A stretch of DNA of 64,000 nt from an uncultured Clostridia bacterium (GCA_947304585.1 CAMZBI010000001.1:25501-89500), one strand, 5' to 3'. Positions 1 through 12,738 are shown, numbered from the stretch's first letter. Numbers and translations: made by a program. Notes: a model not told the origin generated them from the letters alone.

Positions 1-735
1 GATTCTAACTGTATTTCCCTTGGTCTCACATCCGAGGACAAAGACGAAGGTTATCCGGGCAAGCTTGATCTTACGGTTACGTATACTTTTACCGACACTT
101 CATCGCTCATCATAGACTATTCGGGGACCTGCAATAAAAGGACTGTTTTCAGTCCCACGAACCACAGTTATTTCAATCTGAGCGGTCAGAACTCCGGCAG
201 AAACATTCTGGATACTTATTTGCACCTCAACGCCCCCTATGTCACGCCTCTCGGGCCGGATTTTACTCCGACAGGAGAAATAAGACCGGTGGACGGAACC
301 TCTTTTGACTTCACAGGGCTAAAATCCATTGGCGAAGATATAGACAAAGACGATTCCCAGCTTCTTTTGGCCGGTGGATATGATATAAACTATGTTATTG
401 ACGCCTTTGGCAACGGAAAACTGCCTGATTTCATGAGAAATATCTCGCTGCCGGTGTCGCTGCCGGTAGCAGGCTATGCGTTCAGTACTGATTCGGGGAT
501 TGGGATGGTCGTTCAAACTGACCTTCCCTGTGTTCAATTCTACAGCGGCAACTTTTTGACCCCTTCAGAGGGCAAGGACGGCGCAGTTTACGGTCACCGC
601 TACGGTTTTTGCCTTGAGACCCAGTCCTTCCCGGATGCTGTCAACAAGAAATCTTTCCCGTCAGTGTCTCTTTTCCCCGGGGAGGAATACAGAAGCACCA
701 CCGCCTATTCCTTCGGAACGGTATCCCGTCAATAA
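1..735 (+). CDS. galM: aldose 1-epimerase (galactose mutarotase), 5'-truncated at window edge
   Basis: Frame-1 translation from nt 1 (…GYPGKLDLTVTYTF…HRYGFCLETQ…) matches the mutarotase C-terminal region; the ORF continues upstream of the window. Confidence 0.8.
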   Translation, partial: DSNCISLGLTSEDKDEGYPGKLDLTVTYTFTDTSSLIIDYSGTCNKRTVFSPTNHSYFNLSGQNSGRNILDTYLHLNAPYVTPLGPDFTPTGEIRPVDGTSFDFTGLKSIGEDIDKDDSQLLLAGGYDINYVIDAFGNGKLPDFMRNISLPVSLPVAGYAFSTDSGIGMVVQTDLPCVQFYSGNFLTPSEGKDGAVYGHRYGFCLETQSFPDAVNKKSFPSVSLFPGEEYRSTTAYSFGTVSRQ

Positions 736-854
736 CTGCAAGACTTCAGCTGTCCGAACATATTATATCAGCGTCATACAAAAAAAGAGCTTCACGGTGT
801 CGATCCAGGTTGATCGAAACAGCCCGAAGCTCTTGTTTTTTAATTAAGTCCTTG

Positions 855-1319
855 TTATTTTGCCTTCTCTTCTCGCTTTTTCCTTCGCCTGAGTCCTTCT
901 TCAAACTCGGCTCTCTGTTCTTCGGTCTCTATCTCCAAAAGAGGGACCGCGCAGGGAATATTGTTCTGATCCAGTGCCACCATGGTCACGTAAGCCTTAT
1001 TGATCTGTTTTCTGGTGCCGTCAAGGTTTTCCACAAAGGACTCAACGCAGATCTCCATGGACGTCTTGCCAACGTAAGACACATGTCCGCACAGCAGGAT
1101 CGTGTCATTGGCAAAGGCAGGCGCCTTAAAAACAAGTTCCGAAACATAGGCAGTGGTAACGTTGGCGCCTGAATGCCTTCTGGCCACCACCGCGGCAACG
1201 ACGTCGATCCAGGACATAAGAGTACCGCCAAAAAGCCTGCCGTAGCCGTTCATATGCTCCTGTGTCAGTATCTGGACCTGTTCGGTATAGGATTCTTCCG
1301 CTTTTTTAGTGTCTCTCAT
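855..1319 (-). CDS. acyl-CoA thioesterase (hotdog fold, YciA-like)
   Basis: 154-aa ORF with a hotdog thioesterase core; AGGAG RBS 9 nt upstream of the ATG. Confidence 0.7.
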   Translation of the reverse strand: MRDTKKAEESYTEQVQILTQEHMNGYGRLFGGTLMSWIDVVAAVVARRHSGANVTTAYVSELVFKAPAFANDTILLCGHVSYVGKTSMEICVESFVENLDGTRKQINKAYVTMVALDQNNIPCAVPLLEIETEEQRAEFEEGLRRRKKREEKAK

Positions 1320-1828
1320 TTATCTTTTCTCCTGTATTTAGTGAAAAAATACCCTATTCCGCCTGTTCCGTCAGTCCCGGCATAGGAATGTCTCAGACTG
1401 CTCCTGTATACCGGTTCCCAGTCTTCTGACACCTCAAGGTCCGGAAAATAAACGTCTTTTTCAAAGATCTCAAGTATCTTCGTGACGTAGCAGCAGTCGC
1501 AATAGGGCAGAAACTGTCTGTAAACGCTCCCGCCGCCGATCACAAAAACGTTTTCGGGGTCTTCGCCGGATACCATTGCCAATGCATCCTCAACGGACCT
1601 TGCGATCTCCGCGTTTTCAACCCCTTCAAGTTTTCCGGACAAAATAATATTCCGGCGCCCCTTGAGAGGCACTTTCCCGGGGAAGGTCTCCAGTGTCTTT
1701 GACCCGTAAATGACGGTCTTGCCTTTGGTAAGTCTCGCAAACTGCCTCAGGTCTTCCCGGATACTTATAAGGAGACTGTTTTTGTTCCCGATCCCCCACT
1801 CCTTATCCACAGCAACGATAATATTCAT
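1316..1828 (-). CDS. folA: dihydrofolate reductase
   Basis: MNIIVAVDKEWGIGNKNSLL…VIGGGSVY DHFR signature; GGAGG RBS. Confidence 0.85.
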   Translation of the reverse strand: MNIIVAVDKEWGIGNKNSLLISIREDLRQFARLTKGKTVIYGSKTLETFPGKVPLKGRRNIILSGKLEGVENAEIARSVEDALAMVSGEDPENVFVIGGGSVYRQFLPYCDCCYVTKILEIFEKDVYFPDLEVSEDWEPVYRSSLRHSYAGTDGTGGIGYFFTKYRRKDK

Positions 1829-1843
1829 AAGACCTCCGGCCTC

Positions 1844-3358
1844 TCAGTTCCTTCCGAAAATTTTGTTAACTTCCTTATAATAGGCAAAATCGATATTATC
1901 CAGCGCCTCGTCGGTGATCCTGAACCGCCAGTTGCCCTCCGGCTCTCCGGGTATGTTCATCCTGCAGTCCTTGCCGAAACCGCACATGTCCTGAACAGAG
2001 ACCACCGCAAGCTTTGCGTGGGACTTCCAGACTGCCTCGGTCAGGGCTCTGCAGGAAGCGGATTTGTACCCGCCGCTGCTCCAGTCATCGCCCTGAAATC
2101 CGCAGTATCTCAGAGCAAAATCTCTCTCTTGCGGCAAGGCCTCCCAGAGCCATCCGAGGATGGTGTTGTTGTCGTGGGTCCCCACGTATGCAATCGTATT
2201 TTTCCCGTAATTGTGGGGCAAATTTGAACTTTCAAAAGAATCATCGAAGGCGAACTGTATGACCTTCATTCCGGGAAGCCCCACAGTCCTCAGCAGTTCC
2301 TCCACGTCTTCTCCGAAAACGCCAAGGTCCTCCGCGATAAGTCTGTCCTTTGTATAACCCGGAATGCTTTCAAATGCGTCAAACAGGTCTTTTCCCGGCC
2401 CCTTTTCCCAGGCGCCGGTCCTTGCGTCATCCGAGTCTGCAGGAATTGCCCAGTAGGACGCCAATCCCCTGAAATGGTCTATCCTGACCACGTCGTAAAG
2501 GTCAAGAGCCGTCTTCAGCCTGGCCTTCCACCAGGAAAAGCCGTTTTTCCGCATCTTTTCCCAGTCGTACAGCGGGTTTCCCCAGAGCTGACCTGTTTCA
2601 GAAAAATAGTCCGGAGGCACACCGGCCACTTTAAACGGTTTCAATGTCAGAGGATCTATTTGAAAGTCCGTAATGTTTTCGCTCACGTCGGCGCTTTCAT
2701 AAGATATATAAAGAGGCATGTCTCCGATAATGGAAATACCGGAATCATTGGCGTATTTTCTGATCTCCGCCCACTGGCTGAAGAAAAGAAACTGGACAAA
2801 ACAGTAAAAATCAGCAAGCCGGTCCGCATTTCCGTCTTCCGACAGTTCAGACTTCCAGGTGTTCCAGGCGGCAGTGCCGCTCAGTTCTTTAAGGGCCATA
2901 AACCGCCCGTAGCCTGACACCCACTTCTGATCATAAAGAAAATCCCTATATTTACCTAAAAAATCACTATCGAACGGAAGCCTGAAAAAGTTCTCGTAAG
3001 CCTTAAGAAGCAGCTGCTTTTTCTTTTCTTTGGCAAAAGCGTAGTCTGCGGTGTGGGGCGTTCCCGGATAGTAACACTCCGCCACGTCATCCGGAGTTAC
3101 AAGACCTGCTCTTTCAAGTCCCCTGGGATCAATATAGAGTCCATTCCCTGCAAAGGCGCTCTCTCCGCAGTAGGGAGAATTGCCGTGATCGACGGGGCCC
3201 AGCGGCAGCACCTGCCAATAGGAAAAACCCATTTTCCTGATCCTGTCAACGAACCGCTTGGCTTCTTCTCCGAAAACACCGATTCCGAAAGGTCCGGGCA
3301 GTGAAGAAACGCTGAGCAATACCCCGGCTCTACGCTTGTCAGTAAGTCCTGCCGCCAT
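1844..3358 (-). CDS. malQ: 4-alpha-glucanotransferase (amylomaltase)
   Basis: 504-aa ORF with GH77 motifs (SLPGPFGIG…WQVLPLGP…); AGGAG RBS. Confidence 0.9.
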   Translation of the reverse strand: MAAGLTDKRRAGVLLSVSSLPGPFGIGVFGEEAKRFVDRIRKMGFSYWQVLPLGPVDHGNSPYCGESAFAGNGLYIDPRGLERAGLVTPDDVAECYYPGTPHTADYAFAKEKKKQLLLKAYENFFRLPFDSDFLGKYRDFLYDQKWVSGYGRFMALKELSGTAAWNTWKSELSEDGNADRLADFYCFVQFLFFSQWAEIRKYANDSGISIIGDMPLYISYESADVSENITDFQIDPLTLKPFKVAGVPPDYFSETGQLWGNPLYDWEKMRKNGFSWWKARLKTALDLYDVVRIDHFRGLASYWAIPADSDDARTGAWEKGPGKDLFDAFESIPGYTKDRLIAEDLGVFGEDVEELLRTVGLPGMKVIQFAFDDSFESSNLPHNYGKNTIAYVGTHDNNTILGWLWEALPQERDFALRYCGFQGDDWSSGGYKSASCRALTEAVWKSHAKLAVVSVQDMCGFGKDCRMNIPGEPEGNWRFRITDEALDNIDFAYYKEVNKIFGRN

Positions 3359-3399
3359 ATGCTGCTCCTGTTAAAATTTACCTATTTTTTCGATAAAAC

Positions 3400-4230
3400 T
3401 TATATTGCTACTTCAAATCTCGGGATCTTGTCACCGTGTACGTAGTTTTCGACTTTGAAGCTTTCCGGAGTGAACTTGTAAAAATCGGTTATGGTCGGAT
3501 CCAGTGTTACCTTCGGCGAATCGTACACAGGTCTCTTTATCAGCTCTTCGATGATAGGAATGTGCCTGTCATAGATATGGCAGTCCGCAATAACGTGGAC
3601 GAACTCTCCCGGCTCCAGCCCGGAGGCCTGGGCGATCATCATGACCAATGCCGCATATTGGGCCACGTTCCAGCCGTTGGCGGCAAGCATGTCCTGGGAT
3701 CTCTGGTTCAGGATGGCGCAGAGTTTTCCGTCTGTAACGTTAAAAGTCATGCTATAGGCGCAGGGATACAGGGCCATTTCGCTCAGATCGGCAAAATTGT
3801 AGAGGTTCGTCATTATGCGTCTGCTGCAGGGAGTGTTTTTAAGGTCATAGAGAACCTTGTCCACCATGTCGAAGTCACCCTCTTTATAGTGATGCTTGAC
3901 TCCGGCCTGGTATCCGTAGGCCTTGCCAATAGTTCCGTTTTCGTCCGCCCAGCTGTCCCAGATATGGCTTCCCAGATCGTGAATATTATTTGACTTCTTC
4001 TGATATATCCACAGTATCTCGTCAACTGCAAGCTTCAGCGAGATCGGTCTCAGCGTTATAAGCGGAAACTCTTTTGAAAGATCGTACCTGTTCACTACGC
4101 AAAACAGTTTTTTTGTATATGCCGGCGTTCCGTCGGGCCATTTCGGTCTGACTTTTTCATCTCTCACCCAGGAGCCGTTTTCAAGAATATTCTTACAAGT
4201 TTCAATAAAAGCTACATCTGCAGAACCCAT
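3400..4230 (-). CDS. thyA: thymidylate synthase
   Basis: ThyA motifs (…PCHIYDRH…, RRIIM); start reassigned to MGSAD preceded by GGAGGA. Confidence 0.9.
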   Translation of the reverse strand: MGSADVAFIETCKNILENGSWVRDEKVRPKWPDGTPAYTKKLFCVVNRYDLSKEFPLITLRPISLKLAVDEILWIYQKKSNNIHDLGSHIWDSWADENGTIGKAYGYQAGVKHHYKEGDFDMVDKVLYDLKNTPCSRRIMTNLYNFADLSEMALYPCAYSMTFNVTDGKLCAILNQRSQDMLAANGWNVAQYAALVMMIAQASGLEPGEFVHVIADCHIYDRHIPIIEELIKRPVYDSPKVTLDPTITDFYKFTPESFKVENYVHGDKIPRFEVAI

Positions 4231-4278
4231 GATAATCCTCCGACTGTTGTTCGTTTTTGATCTCATTTTCAAGATCAC

Positions 4279-4560
4279 ACGGTCATTTGATTTTACTATT
4301 TTTTTCCTCTTCTTTCAACTCGGTTAAATTTTACTTTTTTCGTGAAATTTTATTTATTACAATTTCTTGTAGTTTAACGCCTACATGTTTCTATATGTTG
4401 TGTTTTGCGGGTTTAAGTGTTGTTTTTTTCATTTTTTTTCTTGTATTTTCCTTGTTGCATAATTATTTTCCGTTTGTTATACTCTTGAAACCCTCTTACT
4501 AATGATAAATTGATTATATGATTTCAACGATGAGAATTGGACAATTGGTTTTTGTTCACC
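4279..4560. promoter_or_regulatory. AT-rich region upstream of dnaA (putative oriC DNA-unwinding element plus dnaA promoter)
   Basis: About 280 bp of very AT-rich sequence with T-runs between divergent thyA and dnaA. Confidence 0.45.
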
Positions 4561-4581
4561 ATTCTCGCTAAGGAGCACTCC

Positions 4582-5967
4582 ATGAATTTTTTGGATGGAT
4601 ATTCCTCTATCTGGGATAGTTTTACAAGCGAATACAGATCGGTTCTCGGGTCTGCCATTTTCTTTTCAACATATATCGAACCCTCTTCCATCGCATACTA
4701 TGACGGGGAGACTGTAGTTATTGCATGCGAAAATTCTCTTGCCGAGAAGTTTTTTACAAAGCGCTACGAGTCGGTGAATTCTGTTTTCACGCAGGTCCTC
4801 GGCCATGAGTGCACCCTTGTTTTTACTTCTGACAAAGACGAGATCGCCCGCTTCAAGTCCCTCTCTCCCGACGGCGACGCCAATGTTTCCGATATCATTG
4901 ACACTAAAAATGCCGTTGGCAGCGCTGTAGTGACTCTTTTTGGCGATGAAAACTCTTCAAACCTAATTTCCAAGTATACTTTTGACAATTTCGTTGTCGG
5001 CGACAACTGCCGCCAGGCTTACAGCGTAGCCACCCAGATCGCGGCAAATCCCGGCGTTCTCTACAACCCTGTTTTTATTTATGCCAGTTCCGGCCTCGGA
5101 AAGACCCACCTTCTCCATGCCATTGGCAATGAAATAAAAAAGAACGATCCCAAAAAGCGCATTCTGTACGTGCCCACGGAAACCTTCACCACCGACTATA
5201 TTTCATCCATTCAGAACAACAAAATGAGCGAATTCCGGATGAAGTACAGATCTGTTGACGTTCTTCTTATCGACGATATTCAGTTTATTGCCAATAAATC
5301 CGGCACCCAGGAGGAGTTTTTCAACACCTTCAACGAGCTCTATGCCCACGACAAGCAGATAGTCATCTCCAGCGACTGCAGAATATCCGAGATCAATGCC
5401 CTTGCGGAGCGTTTAAAGACAAGGTTTGAGAACGGTTTCCAGACTTCCATCGCCGCGCCTGACTATGAGGTCCGCTATGCGATCATGCTTAAGAAGAGCG
5501 ACGATATGGATATGGACATTTCCCGGGAGATTCTTGATTCCCTTGCCCAGTCTGACCTTACCAACGTCCGTGAAATAGAAGGCATCCTGAACCAGTTCAA
5601 GCTGCTGGCATCCCACGGAGAAAAGATCACCATGGAAGCCGCCAGAAAAGCCCTCAGTCATTTGAATATTTCAGAAATAAAGGAAGTCAATACCGAACTG
5701 ATCCTCGACGTGGTCTCCAGATATTTCAACGTTAAAGTTGAAGACATCACCTCAAGGAGCAGATCCAGAGATCTTGTAAAAGCACGCCACATCGCCATGT
5801 ATCTCTGCAGAACTATTCTCGGATATTCGTATCAAAAGATCGCCGACGATTTCGGAGGTCTGAACCACTCCTCAGTTCTCGACGGCTGCAAAAACGTTCA
5901 GGAACGATACCATACCGACGAGGATGTCAAGGCCTACGTTGACGAGATCAAAAAGCTCATTTCTTAA
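4582..5967 (+). CDS. dnaA: chromosomal replication initiator DnaA
   Basis: AAA+ Walker A GLGKTHLL plus C-terminal DnaA-box-binding domain; AAGGAG RBS; start reassigned to MNFLDG. Confidence 0.95.
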   Translation: MNFLDGYSSIWDSFTSEYRSVLGSAIFFSTYIEPSSIAYYDGETVVIACENSLAEKFFTKRYESVNSVFTQVLGHECTLVFTSDKDEIARFKSLSPDGDANVSDIIDTKNAVGSAVVTLFGDENSSNLISKYTFDNFVVGDNCRQAYSVATQIAANPGVLYNPVFIYASSGLGKTHLLHAIGNEIKKNDPKKRILYVPTETFTTDYISSIQNNKMSEFRMKYRSVDVLLIDDIQFIANKSGTQEEFFNTFNELYAHDKQIVISSDCRISEINALAERLKTRFENGFQTSIAAPDYEVRYAIMLKKSDDMDMDISREILDSLAQSDLTNVREIEGILNQFKLLASHGEKITMEAARKALSHLNISEIKEVNTELILDVVSRYFNVKVEDITSRSRSRDLVKARHIAMYLCRTILGYSYQKIADDFGGLNHSSVLDGCKNVQERYHTDEDVKAYVDEIKKLIS

Positions 5968-5985
5968 GCAAATAACAGCTGCTTT

Positions 5986-6012
5986 TCGGGGGATAAACTC
6001 CCCCTTTTTTTA
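5986..6012 (+). terminator. intrinsic terminator after dnaA
   Basis: GGGGGataaactCCCCC hairpin followed by a T8 run. Confidence 0.55.
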
Positions 6013-6025
6013 TATCATCAACGGA

Positions 6026-6137
6026 TACCCACAGAAGAATCGCCGGATTGTCGGAAACCGACTGCGTTCCCCACATAAAACCCACATATGGTTTTGGCTA
6101 TTTTTAGCGTATTAATAAGGTTTCCCACAAACCCACA
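6026..6137. promoter_or_regulatory. DnaA-box-like cluster between dnaA and dnaN (oriC part)
   Basis: Five 9-mers ATACCCACA, TTCCCCACA, AAACCCACA, TTTCCCACA, AAACCCACA (7/9 matches to TTATCCACA), all in one orientation within about 110 bp. Confidence 0.5.
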
Positions 6138-6332
6138 ATCTCTATTATTACATCTATAAAAACCATTAATAAAAAGAGAGGAAAGCTCTCTCCGTGAGCC
6201 GTTTTTTCATATCGTACAATTTAAGTTTCAGCCCTTTTCAGAAAGGCCGTTTTGCTTTACAGAAAAGTCAAAATATGTTATAATCTCTATATTCCGATCG
6301 AGAGAAAAGATCCGGAAAAAAGGGAGGTAAAT

Positions 6333-7439
6333 ATGAAGTTTACTTGCAACAGAGATTTACTTGCCGAAGGACTCTCCATAGTCCAGAAGGCCATTCCGAA
6401 TAAGTCTAATTATCCTGCTCTTGAATGTGTGTTGATCGATGTCAGCGAGGACCTCATTTTAACCGGCTCTGACACGGATCTCAGTATAACTTATCAGGTT
6501 CCTGTCATGATAATCGAAGAGATCGGACAGACATTGGTCAATGCAAAAGTGTTCTGCGATATAGTGAGAAAACTGCCGGACATTTTTGTTACGATAGAAA
6601 CCGCCGATAACGGTACGCTGGTGGTAAACTGCGGAAATTCCCACTTTGAACTGCCCACCATTAATCCGGAGCAGTATCCGAAGATCAGTTTTCTGACGGA
6701 CTCGGAGAACGCCCTTGAACTTCCCGCAGAGACCCTTAAAAATCTGATCAAACAGACGGTTTTTGCAGCCAGTGTTGACAATGCGAAAATGATCCTGAGA
6801 GGAGTTCTGGCTGAAAACTCCGGGAACGAACTCAGATTTGTGGCAATAGACGGCTACAGGATGGCATACAAGTCATATCCCAGCGATTACGAAGAGGATT
6901 TCCGAATAGTTATTCCTGCAAAGGTGCTAAGCGAACTTGTTAAGATCATTGAGAAAAGCGAAAAATCCGTCAGATTCTGTTTCAGTGACAATCAGGTAAT
7001 GTTCTACAACGGAAGCTTCTCGCTGATCTCGAATCTTTTAAAAGGAGATTTTCCGGACTACAAGATGCTCATTCCGAAGAGCTATATGTGCGTCATGAAG
7101 GTCAAAAATCAGGTCTTTGTGGACACTATCGAAAGAGTATCTCTTGTCATTAACGACGATAAAAAGTGGTTTGTCGATCTGACCACGTATCCGGATCAGG
7201 TGTTTATCTGCGCAGCAGGCGAAAACGGAAGATCCCACGAGACGGTTGCGGCGGATATATCGGGACAGGAGATACTGATCTCGTTCAACGAAAAGATACT
7301 TACCGAATGTTTGAGAGCCATCGACAAAGAGATCGTTACGGTTAATTTTTCTTCTGAAAAAGGACCCTGCGTCATTGCGGCGGACGAAGACAACTCGTAT
7401 TTCATTCTGCTGATGCCTGTCAAACACAAATCCAGGTGA
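6333..7439 (+). CDS. dnaN: DNA polymerase III beta sliding clamp
   Basis: MKFTCNRDLL… sliding-clamp fold; GGGAGG RBS; follows dnaA. Confidence 0.95.
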   Translation: MKFTCNRDLLAEGLSIVQKAIPNKSNYPALECVLIDVSEDLILTGSDTDLSITYQVPVMIIEEIGQTLVNAKVFCDIVRKLPDIFVTIETADNGTLVVNCGNSHFELPTINPEQYPKISFLTDSENALELPAETLKNLIKQTVFAASVDNAKMILRGVLAENSGNELRFVAIDGYRMAYKSYPSDYEEDFRIVIPAKVLSELVKIIEKSEKSVRFCFSDNQVMFYNGSFSLISNLLKGDFPDYKMLIPKSYMCVMKVKNQVFVDTIERVSLVINDDKKWFVDLTTYPDQVFICAAGENGRSHETVAADISGQEILISFNEKILTECLRAIDKEIVTVNFSSEKGPCVIAADEDNSYFILLMPVKHKSR

Positions 7440-7443
7440 AAAG

Positions 7444-8580
7444 GTGATAATTAAAGGGTTAGAACTTCACAATTTCAGAAATTACAACAGCCTCACGGTT
7501 GATTTTTCCCCGTCCATTAACGTTATCTACGGGAAAAACGGTTACGGGAAAACCAATTTGCTTGAGGCTATGTTTTTATGCTGCGTCGGAAAATCCTTTA
7601 AGTCCGTAAAAGACACGGATCTTATACAGTACGGGAAAGACAGTTATAAGGTCAAGACCCGTATCGACAATAACATCTGCAAGAGTATAAGTGTTTTTTA
7701 TGAGAGAAACAAGTCAAAATACGTTGAAATAGACGGAGCCTACATTGAGAAGCTGAGGATGCTTTTCGGCAATCTCATCGGCCTTGTCTTTTCTCCGGAA
7801 TCTGTTAGAGTAGTTACTGACGGCCCGGCCTACAGGAGAAGGCTTCTTGACATTGCCCTTTGCCAAATAAAAAAGGACTACTACTACAGCTTGATGATGT
7901 ACAACCGGTTCTGCGAAGAGAAGGGAAAGCTTCTCGAACAGGGAACGGCTGCCGATCCCATTGAAATGGAGTCGTTAAACGAAAATATTGCACTGTACGG
8001 AGCAAGTATCGCAGTCGACAGAAAAAATTTCGTTGCGCAGCTGAATGAGCTTGCCGGGAAATACTATTCCGAAATCGCAGGTGAAAGGGAGACAGTCACC
8101 ATGCGATACGAGCCTTTCATCCACTCGTTCTCCGGAGCGGTTAACGAAGGCCTTGAAAATGAAAACCGGTCCGTGACGGAAAGGGTCAAAGAGGAATTTC
8201 TGAAGGAACTCTCTGACGAAAGGCTGATGAAGAGGGAAAGGGAATTCAGAAAGAATCTGATCGGCATCCAAAGGGACGACATCGGCATGTTTCTCGGCGG
8301 AAACAGTCTGAGAAATTTCGGCTCTCAGGGGCAGAAGAGAAGTTTTGCCATTGCGATCACATTGGCGGAACTGGAGATTTTGAGGCAGAAATCGGGCAGG
8401 ACACCCGTGCTTTTCCTTGACGACGTGCTCTCCGAACTGGACAGCTCCAGAAAAAGAAAAATCATCGAAATGACCGGAAAAATACAAACGTTTTACACCT
8501 GCACGGAGAAAGAGATGATGGGTGCGGCTGTTGCCGGAGGGGCGCCGGTGAACTTTATTGATGTTGAAAAACTGAGGTAA
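7444..8580 (+). CDS. recF: DNA replication/repair protein RecF
   Basis: N-terminal P-loop NGYGKTNLLEA; SMC-like signature near the C-terminus. Confidence 0.93.
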   Translation: MIIKGLELHNFRNYNSLTVDFSPSINVIYGKNGYGKTNLLEAMFLCCVGKSFKSVKDTDLIQYGKDSYKVKTRIDNNICKSISVFYERNKSKYVEIDGAYIEKLRMLFGNLIGLVFSPESVRVVTDGPAYRRRLLDIALCQIKKDYYYSLMMYNRFCEEKGKLLEQGTAADPIEMESLNENIALYGASIAVDRKNFVAQLNELAGKYYSEIAGERETVTMRYEPFIHSFSGAVNEGLENENRSVTERVKEEFLKELSDERLMKREREFRKNLIGIQRDDIGMFLGGNSLRNFGSQGQKRSFAIAITLAELEILRQKSGRTPVLFLDDVLSELDSSRKRKIIEMTGKIQTFYTCTEKEMMGAAVAGGAPVNFIDVEKLR

Positions 8581-8626
8581 AAATGATAAAATAAATGTGT
8601 ATATTTACACATCCCGGGAGCAGAAA

Positions 8627-10848
<2,222 letters not shown>

Positions 10849-10961
10849 CGATTTACTCCCCAAAGAGGCGGAGGGAGTCGCAAGACCCCGAAAGAATCTT
10901 GATTATCTGACCCCGGACCCTGCGGAAGACGTTGATGCGGGCCGGAGAACGGAAGTAAAAA

Positions 10962-11723
10962 ATGGCTGTTAAGATCATTGCTATTGCAAACCAAAAAGGC
11001 GGAGTGGGAAAGACAACGACTGCGATCAACCTCTCCGCTTCCGTTGCCTATTACGGGAAGAGGGTGCTCCTTGTGGATCTGGATCCCCAGGGAAACGCCA
11101 CTACGGGTCTTGGCATAAACAAGAAAAACCTGGAAAAGTCTTCCTATGACGCCGTGATCAATGACGAACCCGCTTCGGACATTATCATAAAGACGTCCCA
11201 GGAGAATCTGTATCTCATGCCGTCAAACATTTCCCTGGCGGGAGCGGAAGTGGAACTGGTCAGCCTTATGTCGAGGGAGAGCAAACTGAAACTGGCCCTT
11301 GACGAGATCCGGGACGACTATGACTACGTATTTATCGACTGCCCGCCGGCGCTGGGGCTTCTGACGCTCAACGCGCTGACCGCCGCGGATACGGTGCTTG
11401 TGCCCATCCAATGTGAGTTCTACGCCCTTGAGGGACTGTCCCAGCTTCTGGACACTGTTAAAAAAGTTCAGAAGTACCTGAACCGCAGACTGACTGTGGA
11501 GGGCGTAGTTATGACCATGTTCGACGTCAGGACAAATCTTTCGGCGGAAGTTGTCGATGAGGTGAGAAAATATTTCGGGGACAAGGTCTACTCCACATTG
11601 ATCCCCCGGAACATACGGCTGGGCGAGGCGCCGAGCTACGGACAGTCTATAATCCAGTATGACAGCAAATCAAAGGGGGCAGAGGCCTACCTTTCCCTTG
11701 CAAGAGAAGTTCTTGACAAATAG
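10962..11723 (+). CDS. soj: ParA/Soj chromosome partitioning ATPase
   Basis: Deviant Walker A KGGVGKTT. Confidence 0.9.
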   Translation: MAVKIIAIANQKGGVGKTTTAINLSASVAYYGKRVLLVDLDPQGNATTGLGINKKNLEKSSYDAVINDEPASDIIIKTSQENLYLMPSNISLAGAEVELVSLMSRESKLKLALDEIRDDYDYVFIDCPPALGLLTLNALTAADTVLVPIQCEFYALEGLSQLLDTVKKVQKYLNRRLTVEGVVMTMFDVRTNLSAEVVDEVRKYFGDKVYSTLIPRNIRLGEAPSYGQSIIQYDSKSKGAEAYLSLAREVLDK

Positions 11724-11816
11724 TTCAACCGAATCGCATTCTACAGGATCACATTCAAATGGATTGCAGGAGAGGCGAAAATCGTATTAAATCCGGTATT
11801 AAAGGAGGCGGCTTGA

Positions 11817-12710
11817 ATGGCCAGGAAAAGAAACAGCGGTTTGGGACTGGGCATTGACGCACTGTTCCAAAGCACAACAGACCGGGAAGGATCTTTGCCG
11901 GTCACAGGCTCAGTACTGGAAGTGAAGATCAGCGACATTGAGCCGGACGAGAGTCAGCCCCGTAAAAATTTTGATTTCGAGAAGATCAACGAGCTGGCGG
12001 AGTCCATAAAAGCCCACGGCGTTATCCAGCCGCTTATTGTGAGAAGCGAAGGCCCGGTCTATAAAATTATTGCGGGCGAGCGCCGGTGGCGGGCGGCCAG
12101 GATCGCCGGTCTTGAGACTGTGCCGGTCATTGAGAAGTCGGTAACCGAACGGGAAGTTCTGGAGATCGCCCTGATCGAAAACATCCAGCGGGAGGACCTG
12201 AACCCGATTGAAGAGGCGGAGGCCTTTGACAGACTGATCAACGATTTCGGCATGACCCAGGAGACGTTGGCGTCCACTATTTCCAAAAGCAGGACCGACA
12301 TAACCAATTCGATCCGCCTGCTCTCCCTTGACCCCGAGATCAAGGCCATGATCGCAGCAGGTCAGCTCACAAAGGGTCACGGGAAAGCCCTTCTGGGACT
12401 GAACGGTTCCATTGATGCGGTAAAAGTTGCCAAGGCCATGGCGGAGGAGAGCATCAGCGTCCGGCAGGCGGAAAAACTTGTCAGCAGATACAATGCGCTG
12501 AAGAGCGGCTCCGAGCCGAAAAAAGCGGAAGCCGGAAGCGACGAGTTTACCATTTCAAAGAAGAGCGTTGAGTCAAAACTGAAGAAAAAACTGGGGACAA
12601 AGATATCCCTGGTGGAGAAAGCCAAAAACGGAAAAGGCAAGATCCAGATCTTTTACTATTCCGCAGACGAGAGAGAGCGGCTGATAGAGATGCTTCTCGG
12701 CGAAGATTGA
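11817..12710 (+). CDS. spo0J: ParB/Spo0J chromosome partitioning protein
   Basis: GERRWRAA CTPase motif and HTH; AAAGGAGG RBS. Confidence 0.9.
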   Translation: MARKRNSGLGLGIDALFQSTTDREGSLPVTGSVLEVKISDIEPDESQPRKNFDFEKINELAESIKAHGVIQPLIVRSEGPVYKIIAGERRWRAARIAGLETVPVIEKSVTEREVLEIALIENIQREDLNPIEEAEAFDRLINDFGMTQETLASTISKSRTDITNSIRLLSLDPEIKAMIAAGQLTKGHGKALLGLNGSIDAVKVAKAMAEESISVRQAEKLVSRYNALKSGSEPKKAEAGSDEFTISKKSVESKLKKKLGTKISLVEKAKNGKGKIQIFYYSADERERLIEMLLGED

Positions 12711-12738
12711 GCCTTGATAACGGGGAAAGGAGACGAAG

